NCBI GenBank assembly: GCA_044374335.1
Contig: JBILOV010000001.1
Span: 1-34,054, forward strand
Source: Bacteroidia bacterium
GTDB lineage: Bacteria; Bacteroidota; Bacteroidia; B-17B0; Aurantibacillaceae
Length of the DNA: 34,054 bases
Direction: 5' to 3'
Shown piece after piece: positions 25,954-34,054 of the stretch. A program made the position numbers and the translations under genes. Every line of letters begins with the position of its first letter. Position 1 is the first letter of the stretch. The notes beneath the pieces were generated by a model. The model was not told where the DNA came from. It saw only the letters and a program-made list of their open reading frames with translations, and ran no database searches.

Positions 25954-26966
25954 TGATTAAAGCTGCAATTACCGCTGTTGGTGGATATGTTCCTGATTTT
26001 GTAATGACTAATGATGAATTAGCCAAATTTGTTGACACTAACGATGAATGGATTACCTCCAGAACAGGGATTAAAGAAAGACGCGTATTAAATATCCCAG
26101 GAAAAGCCACATCGGACATGATGGTTTTTGCTGTTGAAGAATTATTAAAAAAACGTGGAATTGGTGCCGACGAAATTGATTTAGTAATTGTTGGCACAAT
26201 TACAGGTGATTTAATTTTTCCAAGTACTGCTAACATTATTTGTGACAAAATAGGCGCTAAAAATGCTTGGGGTTATGATTTATCGGCCGCTTGTTCCGGA
26301 TTTATTTTTGCATTAGCAACAGGTTCTCAATTTATCGAAACTGGTCGTTACAAAAAAGTAATAGCCATTGGAGTTGATAAAATGAGTGCCATTTTAAATT
26401 ACGATGATCGTACAACTTGTGTTATTTTTGGTGATGGTGGAGGTGCTGTTTTATTAGAGCCGTCTGAAGATGAAAACGGAATACAAGATTTTATTTTAAA
26501 AAGTGATGGTGCCGGGCGAAATTTTTTATATCAAGCGGCTGGTGGTTCTTTAATGCCACCAACTCACGAAACTATTGATAAAAAATTACATTACGTTCAT
26601 CAGGAAGGGCAAACTGTTTTTAAAAATGCCGTAGTTAATATGGCTGAAGTAAGTGCAGATATAATGACAAAAAATAATCTGACTTCAGATGATATTACCT
26701 GGCTTTTACCACATCAGGCAAACAAGCGTATTTGCGAAGCAACAGCAAATCGTATGGGCTTGAACCCCGATAAAATGTTAATGAACATTGAGCGTTACGG
26801 TAACACAACTGCTGGTACAATTCCATTATTATTATGGGATTATGAAAAGCTATTTAAAAAAGGAGATAACATTATTTTATCTGCGTTTGGTGGTGGTTTT
26901 ACTTGGGGTTCTATATGGTTAAAATGGGCTTATGACGGTAGTAAAGTAGGTAAAGAATTAATTTAA
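25953..26966 (+). CDS. fabH: 3-oxoacyl-ACP synthase III
   Basis: 337 aa. The Cys-His-Asn triad contexts are LSAACSGF, LPHQANKRI and YGNTTAGTIP. Confidence 0.95.
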   Translation: MIKAAITAVGGYVPDFVMTNDELAKFVDTNDEWITSRTGIKERRVLNIPGKATSDMMVFAVEELLKKRGIGADEIDLVIVGTITGDLIFPSTANIICDKIGAKNAWGYDLSAACSGFIFALATGSQFIETGRYKKVIAIGVDKMSAILNYDDRTTCVIFGDGGGAVLLEPSEDENGIQDFILKSDGAGRNFLYQAAGGSLMPPTHETIDKKLHYVHQEGQTVFKNAVVNMAEVSADIMTKNNLTSDDITWLLPHQANKRICEATANRMGLNPDKMLMNIERYGNTTAGTIPLLLWDYEKLFKKGDNIILSAFGGGFTWGSIWLKWAYDGSKVGKELI

Positions 26967-26990
26967 TTTGGATTTTTATATCTAATGCAT

Positions 26991-27025
26991 TTTGGGCGCG
27001 TCCCTATTGGTCGAGATGCGACCAA
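26991..27025. repeat. GC-rich element after fabH: TTTGGGCGCGTCCC head plus a 7-bp hairpin
   Basis: The head at 26991-27004 matches 13163-13176 at 13 of 14 positions. TTGGTCG (27007-27013) pairs with CGACCAA (27019-27025) around a 5-nt loop. A-rich sequence follows rather than a U-tract. Confidence 0.45.
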
Positions 27026-27167
27026 ATAAAAAACCTTACTATGACATTTGAACTGACAAATTAGTCGGTAAAGCCACTAAAAACTGAAATATTGTCCAAA
27101 ATAATGCATTGGCACATTTTTAGACAATAAGCCATCGTAAAATTTAAATAACTAAAATCTCATAATT

Positions 27168-27456
27168 ATGGCAAAATCAATTGCAAGTGTAAGCGTAAAG
27201 CCTTTAGCCGATAGAGTATTGGTAGAAGCAGCTCCGGCAGAAACAAAAACAGCAGGTGGATTAATTATCCCTGATACTGCAAAAGAAAAACCAATGAAAG
27301 GTAAAGTATTAGCGGTTGGAAACGGTAAAGTTGACGAACCAATGACTGTAAAAGTTGGTGATACTGTTTTATACGGAAAATACGCAGGAACCGAAATACA
27401 AGTAGACGGAAAAGATTTATTAATTATGCGTGAAAGCGATATCTACGCTATTATTT

Positions 27457-27458
<2 letters not shown>
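27168..27458 (+). CDS. groES: Co-chaperonin GroES
   Basis: 96 aa with [23 protein letters not shown] and the GroES mobile-loop region. Confidence 0.97.
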
Positions 27459-29223
<1,765 letters not shown>

Positions 29224-29264
29224 TTTCGATAAGCTCAAACAACAATCATTTTAATCTGAATAAA

Positions 29265-29304
29265 CAAAAAACGCCTCACAGAAATGTGAGGCGTTTTTTG
29301 TTTT
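29265..29304. terminator. Bidirectional rho-independent terminator between convergent groEL and slyD
   Basis: The sequence is AAAAAA-CGCCTCACA-GAAA-TGTGAGGCG-TTTTTTGTTTT. It is a perfect 9-bp stem (29272-29280 with 29285-29293) flanked by an A-run and a T-run. Confidence 0.9.
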
Positions 29305-29350
29305 ATATAAAATAAATATGTAATATTTTTTTACACACTTTTTAAATTTA

Positions 29351-29866
29351 CTAGTGGTGGTGATGCCCACCTGGACCATGCACATGCCCGTGATCTAATT
29401 CTTCTGCTGTCGCATCTCTAATTTCTAAAACTTCACCTACAAAATGTAAATGATGGTCGGCTAAGGGATGATTGAAATCCATGATAACAAAATCTTCTCC
29501 AATTTCTTGAACAAAACCCATTAACTGGTTTCCATCCGCATCATTCATCATTAATTCTTCACCTTCTTTTACACGTTCTTCGTCAAAAACACCATCTACA
29601 TTAAATGCTTCTTTTGGGATTTTTGCAATCATTTCCTTATCAGTAATACCATATCCATTTGCAGGAGTTACTTTAAAGTCAAACTTATCACCAACTTTTT
29701 TATTTACTAAATTCTTTTCAAAGTCAGGAATTAATTGCCCTACTCCAAAAATAAATGTAAATGGTTGTTCTTTGCTTGTTTGCTCTACTAATTCAGGAGC
29801 TTCGTTTTCTAAAAATGACGATAAATGATAATTTACCGATACGACTTTGTTTTGGTTAATAGTCAT
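29351..29866 (-). CDS. slyD: FKBP-type peptidyl-prolyl isomerase, SlyD-like, with a His-rich tail
   Basis: It has an FKBP core with an inserted-flap region and the C-terminal tail HGHVHGPGGHHHH. The track ORF opens at a TTG at 29893. The first ATG, at 29866 (MTINQNKVVSVNYHL), is preferred. Confidence 0.85.
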   Translation of the reverse strand: MTINQNKVVSVNYHLSSFLENEAPELVEQTSKEQPFTFIFGVGQLIPDFEKNLVNKKVGDKFDFKVTPANGYGITDKEMIAKIPKEAFNVDGVFDEERVKEGEELMMNDADGNQLMGFVQEIGEDFVIMDFNHPLADHHLHFVGEVLEIRDATAEELDHGHVHGPGGHHHH

Positions 29867-29886
29867 TGATTTTATTTGTTTTTTTG

Positions 29887-29978
29887 CCCGCAAATTTCGC
29901 TGATTCCACGGATTGTTATTTATTGTTTAGAAGTAGCTTTTACAAATTTCTTTCCGCAAGATTAGCGATACCTGCGGG
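29887..29978. repeat. Imperfect GC-containing inverted repeat between the ALDH7-type gene and slyD
   Basis: CCCGCAAATTTCGCT (29887-29901) matches the reverse complement of AGCGATACCTGCGGG (29964-29978) at 12 of 15 positions. An additional direct CCGCAA copy lies at 29954. Confidence 0.4.
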
Positions 29979-29983
29979 AAAAA

Positions 29984-31507
29984 TTAAAAATCAAATTTAA
30001 TACCTTGCGATAAAGTTAATTTTGTTCCGTAGTTAATTGTATTTGTTTGACGGCGCATGTATGCTTTCCAACTATCCGAACCACTTTCGCGTCCACCACC
30101 CGTTTCTTTTTCACCACCAAATGCACCACCAATTTCAGCACCACTAGTTCCTATATTCACATTTGCAATACCACAGTCGCTACCATTTACAGATAGAAAC
30201 TGTTCTGCTTCGCGCATATTCAATGTCATGATAGAGGAAGATAAACCTTGAGGAACACCATTTTGCAATTCAATAGCTTCTTCAATAGTTTTGTATTTCA
30301 TAATATATAAAATAGGAGCAAACGTTTCGTGTTGTACAATTAAAAATTCATTGTTTGCTTCCGCAATACAAGGTTTTACATAGCATCCACTTTCATATCC
30401 CTTACCTTCTAATACACCGCCAGGTACAATTATTTTTCCACCTTCAGAAATTACTCGTTCAATAGAAACTAAATAATCCTTTACAGCTCCTTTATCAATT
30501 AATGGTCCAACATGATTATTCTCATCTAATGGATCTCCAATACGTAATTGTTTGTAGGCACTTACTAATTTATGTTTTACATCTTCGTAAATATCTTCAT
30601 GTATAATTAAACGACGTGTTGATGTACAACGTTGACCAGCAGTTCCAACAGCACCAAATACTAAGCCTGGTAATACTGTCGGTAAATCAGCATTTGGAGT
30701 AATTATAACAGCATTATTACCACCTAATTCTAAAATAGAGCGGCCAAAACGACTAGCGACTTTTGTTCCAACAATGCGACCAACTCTTGTTGAACCTGTT
30801 GCTGATACTAAAGGTACGCGAGTATCTTCACACATTTTTTCGCCAATCGAACCTGGGCTTACTAATAAACATGAAACCCCTTCAGGTAAATTATTTTCAG
30901 CTGCAACTTCATTCCAAATATTATGGCATGCTACAGCACACAATGGTACTTTACTTGATGGTTTCCAAATACACACATCACCACAAATCCAAGCTAAAGC
31001 TGTATTCCAATTCCAAACAGCCACCGGAAAATTGAAAGCGGAAATAATACCTACAATTCCTAATGGATGCCATTGCTCATACATACGATGATTCTCTCTT
31101 TCAGAGTGCATGGTTAAACCATATAACTGTCGAGAAACTCCAACAGCAAAATCGCAAATATCAATCATCTCCTGAACTTCACCTAAACCCTCTTGGTAAG
31201 ATTTCCCCATTTCATAAGAAACTAGTTTACCCAAGTCAGCTTTTTTAGCACGTAGTTTTTCTCCATACTGACGAACGATTTCACCACGCTTAGGAGCTGG
31301 AATATTACGCCATACTTTAAATGCTTCTGAGGCTACTTGAACTACTTTTTCGTAATCCGCTTCATTTGCTACTTTAACTTTCGCAATTAATTTTCCGTCT
31401 ACCGGACTGTAAGATTCAATAACATCTCCGCTTGCAAAATAATTTTTACCTGTAGCGCATCCGTTATTAACGTCTTTAATACCTAATGATTTTAGTACTT
31501 TTTCCAT
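29984..31507 (-). CDS. Aldehyde dehydrogenase, ALDH7 (antiquitin)/piperideine-6-carboxylate dehydrogenase type
   Basis: 507 aa. [18 protein letters not shown] and [32 protein letters not shown] closely mirror the ALDH7 alpha-aminoadipic semialdehyde dehydrogenase N-terminal region. The catalytic region contains GQRCTS and ELGGNNA. Confidence 0.88.
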   Translation of the reverse strand: MEKVLKSLGIKDVNNGCATGKNYFASGDVIESYSPVDGKLIAKVKVANEADYEKVVQVASEAFKVWRNIPAPKRGEIVRQYGEKLRAKKADLGKLVSYEMGKSYQEGLGEVQEMIDICDFAVGVSRQLYGLTMHSERENHRMYEQWHPLGIVGIISAFNFPVAVWNWNTALAWICGDVCIWKPSSKVPLCAVACHNIWNEVAAENNLPEGVSCLLVSPGSIGEKMCEDTRVPLVSATGSTRVGRIVGTKVASRFGRSILELGGNNAVIITPNADLPTVLPGLVFGAVGTAGQRCTSTRRLIIHEDIYEDVKHKLVSAYKQLRIGDPLDENNHVGPLIDKGAVKDYLVSIERVISEGGKIIVPGGVLEGKGYESGCYVKPCIAEANNEFLIVQHETFAPILYIMKYKTIEEAIELQNGVPQGLSSSIMTLNMREAEQFLSVNGSDCGIANVNIGTSGAEIGGAFGGEKETGGGRESGSDSWKAYMRRQTNTINYGTKLTLSQGIKFDF

Positions 31508-31729
31508 ATGTTTTTAATCTGTTATTTTATTGTTTTTGAAGGCTAAATATAACTATAATATCAGTTTGAATATAAGAAATTTTATTAATTATGGAAAAAC
31601 ATAACATAGTTCGTAATACTTTCCAGAGCCATAGAATTGGAATATTTATTTAGAAAAAATTAAAGAAATTATTCAGGAATTTGATAGATGTGATAAAGAA
31701 TTGATTTTACAAATTGACAGATTATCTAA

Positions 31730-32413
31730 TTACACTTTTTTCCTAATTTGAATAAGATTAACTAGAAATGAAAATGCCATAGAAAAGTATATATATGCTT
31801 TTGGGATATGTAAATTAAACCCTTCAGCAATAAGTGCTAGGCCAATCATCATTAAAAATGCTAAAGCTAAAATTTTTAATGATGGATGTTTATTAATGAA
31901 ATTACTGATGTTTTTTGAGATTAATAACATAATCGAAATAGAAACAATAACGGCCATGTACATAATCCAAAGTTCCTCTACTAATCCAACTGCTGTAATG
32001 ATACTGTCGATTGAAAAAATTAAGTCTAACAATAAAATTTGACCAATTATACTCTTAAAAGAATTCGATTTTTTATGTTCTTCCGTTTTATGTTCTTCCG
32101 TTTTTTCAAAAATTTCTTTACTACTTTTATATAATAAAAACATGCCTCCCGATATCAGAATCAAATCTTTTCCCGAAAATTCATTTCCATAAACTGTAAA
32201 TAATCCTATATCTAATTTCAAAATCCAGCTGATTGCACCTAAAAGAATTAATCGCAAAATAAGCGCTAGACTTAAGCCAATGAATCGAGCTTTTTTACGT
32301 TTTTCAATGGCTAATTTGTCTGTTATGAGAGAAATAAAAATGATATTATCTATCCCAAGTATTATTTCTAAAAATACAAGTGTAATTAGGGAAATTAAAA
32401 TTTCTGAATTCAT
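31730..32413 (-). CDS. TerC/YjbE-family integral membrane protein
   Basis: 227 aa with the family signature LGIDNIIFISL and a second half containing FSIDSIITAVG. Confidence 0.85.
   Translation of the reverse strand: MNSEILISLITLVFLEIILGIDNIIFISLITDKLAIEKRKKARFIGLSLALILRLILLGAISWILKLDIGLFTVYGNEFSGKDLILISGGMFLLYKSSKEIFEKTEEHKTEEHKKSNSFKSIIGQILLLDLIFSIDSIITAVGLVEELWIMYMAVIVSISIMLLISKNISNFINKHPSLKILALAFLMMIGLALIAEGFNLHIPKAYIYFSMAFSFLVNLIQIRKKV
32073..32102. repeat. Perfect 15-bp tandem duplication inside the TerC-family CDS
   Basis: TTATGTTCTTCCGTT occurs twice back to back, at 32073-32087 and 32088-32102. On the coding strand this encodes KTEEH-KTEEH in the central loop. Confidence 0.9.
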
Positions 32414-32499
32414 AAATTTTTATTAATCCTATAAAGGTGAGGATTATTTTTAATCTAAATTTTATAAGATTATTAAATTAGGTTAATACTATAATTATT

Positions 32500-32910
32500 T
32501 TATAATTTTTGAGGAAATTTACTCATATCCATATAACCTAATTCCCATTGATGTCCATCAGGATCGGCAAAACTATGCTGATACATCCACCCATGATCAG
32601 CAGCATCCATGTATATTTCTCCGCCTGATTCTTTAGCAATATTTACTAGTTCTTTTACTTTTTCAACGCTTTCCACCTCTATAGCTAATAATACTTGTGT
32701 TGTTTTTTTTGCATCTGCAATCTCTTTTTTTGTGAAATTTTTAAAATGCTCATAGGTTAAAAGCATCACAAACAGATGTTCTTCTAATACCATACATCCA
32801 GCAAATTCATTAGTGAATTGCGGATTATTACTAAACCCGAGTTTAGCATAAAAGTCCATAGACTTTTGTAAATCTTTTACTGGGAGATTAATGAAAATTT
32901 TTGACGCCAT
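32500..32910 (-). CDS. VOC (glyoxalase/bleomycin-resistance fold) family protein
   Basis: 136 aa with a single VOC module. Typical motifs are INLPVKDLQKSMDFYAKLGF at the start and DPDGHQWE near the end. Confidence 0.8.
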   Translation of the reverse strand: MASKIFINLPVKDLQKSMDFYAKLGFSNNPQFTNEFAGCMVLEEHLFVMLLTYEHFKNFTKKEIADAKKTTQVLLAIEVESVEKVKELVNIAKESGGEIYMDAADHGWMYQHSFADPDGHQWELGYMDMSKFPQKL

Positions 32911-33232
32911 AAATTTTTTAAATAAAATTAGTAATTAAATTTCCTTTAATTACCATTGTGAAAAGTTTTTATCCAACCGAAATATTATCTCGCAAAAGAA
33001 CTATTTAATGTGATTGATAGCATGTTATTATTTTTAAACTTTAGAGCATAAATGTATTTTACAAAGTAATGTAACTATTGCTAAATTTATTATTGTGAAA
33101 ATTAAATTAACTTTTTTAGATGTATAAGGTATTAGCTTTATATTATTGAATAATTCTCATGGACTTTTATAAACGTATTTTAATTAAATGCTGTAACTCC
33201 CTAAGGATTATTTCAGAACGAGGAAATTCCAC

Positions 33233-33266
33233 AAAAAAAGCCCTTGATTAATCAAGGGCTTTTTTT
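33233..33266. terminator. Rho-independent terminator (structurally bidirectional) after the TM2-domain gene
   Basis: The sequence is AAAAAAA-GCCCTTG-ATTAAT-CAAGGGC-TTTTTTT. The stem is 33240-33246 paired with 33253-33259. Confidence 0.85.
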
Positions 33267-33285
33267 GTGACATATTTTTTATATG

Positions 33286-33681
33286 TTAAAAATCATCTTT
33301 TATAATATTAATTAAATCGATAATCGCCCATATTCCACAACCACCACCAGTAAGAATAAATAAAATATTCCATCCGATTGGTTTTTTCTTATACCATCTG
33401 TGAGCAGCAACTCCTCCTAAAAATACCCATAATAAAATAGTAATCAATTTTTCATTGTCACCACCTTTAGTAGGAGTGTTTGCATTAACTTTATCAGTTT
33501 TAGAAACTGATTTAAATTGAGCTTGAACTTTCGAATCTAAATTGTTTTTAGTAATTACAACTTGTTCAGAAGCAACATTGACATTGTTTACTTTTTTTAC
33601 AGGGAATGAAGCTACCGCAACAGAACCAATAAATAAAAGCCCAGCCGTAAATAAGGCAACTAATTTTGTTTTGTGTTTCAT
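33286..33681 (-). CDS. TM2-domain membrane protein
   Basis: 131 aa with an N-terminal signal/anchor. The C-terminal region LLWVFLGGVAAHRWYKKKPIGWNILFILTGGGCGIWAIIDLINII fits the TM2 two-helix pattern (FLGxxGxHRxY ... GGxGIWxxxD). Confidence 0.75.
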   Translation of the reverse strand: MKHKTKLVALFTAGLLFIGSVAVASFPVKKVNNVNVASEQVVITKNNLDSKVQAQFKSVSKTDKVNANTPTKGGDNEKLITILLWVFLGGVAAHRWYKKKPIGWNILFILTGGGCGIWAIIDLINIIKDDF

Positions 33682-33751
33682 AATGTTTTAGTTTTTAAGT
33701 TTATATTTGTTTTTATAATTTTTCAAATATAAAAATTAAATTAACAAAATC

Positions 33752-34054
33752 ATGATAAAAACAATTTCTTTTTGTAATTTTTTTAAACCAGGTAAGAAAT
33801 TTTTATTTACAATGTTTTTATTTTTAATAGCAGGCTCATTTTTTGCACAACAAAATCAAGAAGTTGAATTTATAGGTATGTTAACATTGCGTGATAGTTC
33901 TTTAATTACCTATAAAATAAATTTTAAAGAAACTAGTAATCAAAAAATTGAGGGGTATTCAGTAACAGATTTTTATGGTTCCGAAAAAACTAAAACAAAA
34001 ATAGAAGGCTATATTAATAGAGACAAGAAAACTATTTCTTTTTTTGAAACAACA
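33752..34054 (+). CDS. Exported hypothetical protein, N-terminal part only (the gene runs off the right edge)
   Basis: The ATG at 33752 opens a frame that stays open for 101 codons to the window end: MIKTISFCNFFKPGKKFLFTMFLFLIAGSFFAQQNQEVEFIGMLTLRDSSLITYKINFKE... It has a signal-peptide-like N-terminus. I recognise no family. Confidence 0.5.
   Translation, partial: MIKTISFCNFFKPGKKFLFTMFLFLIAGSFFAQQNQEVEFIGMLTLRDSSLITYKINFKETSNQKIEGYSVTDFYGSEKTKTKIEGYINRDKKTISFFETT

Noticed and set aside
25934-26248. A 104-aa minus-strand ORF antisense to the 5' end of fabH. Similar antisense ORFs occur at 30774-31091, 30763-31035, 17976-18227, 20966-21220, 5859-6095 and elsewhere in the track.
   Set aside because: All are nested within strongly supported genes on the opposite strand and have no recognisable motifs. 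I treat them as frame shadows.
27026-27167. CIRCE/HrcA operator upstream of groES
   Set aside because: There is no TTAGCACTC-N9-GAGTGCTAA-like inverted repeat. The only feature is a 7-bp TATTGTC/GACAATA repeat with a 26-nt spacer, which is within chance expectation.
29867-29893. N-terminal extensions in the ORF track for slyD (29893), sufE (24761) and the MORN protein (7573)
   Set aside because: All three extensions begin at TTG rather than ATG and add residues that disrupt otherwise typical N-termini. The first in-frame ATG was used instead.
32414-32499. Possible yybP-ykoY (manganese) riboswitch upstream of the TerC-family gene
   Set aside because: Only 86 nt are available, nearly all A/T. 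The region has just a weak 6-bp hairpin (AATCCT/AGGATT) and none of the conserved GC-rich helices.

Overview
This is a visibly AT-rich chromosomal segment that reads as core genome of a Bacteroidota organism, most likely Flavobacteriaceae-like. Three things point that way: two textbook TTTG-N19-TAnnTTTG promoters, a lipoprotein carrying a Bacteroidetes-type surface-export signal, and a Flavobacterium-type short-chain threonine dehydrogenase. I support 33 protein-coding genes, nearly all housekeeping. They are polA, cysS, serS, rpmH, rplU-rpmA, groES-groEL, plsX-fabH, gcvT, hmgA/hppD, tdh, trhO, an ALDH7-type dehydrogenase, slyD, SufE, an ABC exporter, a glycosyltransferase, EamA, TerC, VOC and TM2 proteins, and several exported hypothetical proteins. 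Two genes missing from the ORF track were added by hand: rpmH (15674-15829) and a 5'-partial LamG-like gene at the left edge. A second partial gene lies at the right edge. I found no tRNA, rRNA, CRISPR array, transposase, integrase, phage gene or recognisable defence gene. I could not identify a convincing new multi-gene system, and most of the window is ordinary. The unexplained signal is non-coding: a set of GC-rich palindromic elements that stand out against AT-rich spacers at gene 3' ends. Two of them share an identical 14-bp palindrome, CCGCCAGCTGGCGG, and two share a TTTGGGCGNGTCCC head. A long interrupted hairpin also fills an unusually wide groES-groEL spacer. Other items worth a look are a small frameshifted gene cassette in the only accessory-looking gap (13.1-13.7 kb), a beta-propeller glutaminyl cyclase alongside four exported proteins with Gln at the predicted cleavage site, an orphan ComB-like phosphatase paired with a membrane protein, and a perfect 15-bp in-frame duplication in the TerC gene. 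All family assignments come from motif recognition by eye; no database search was run.
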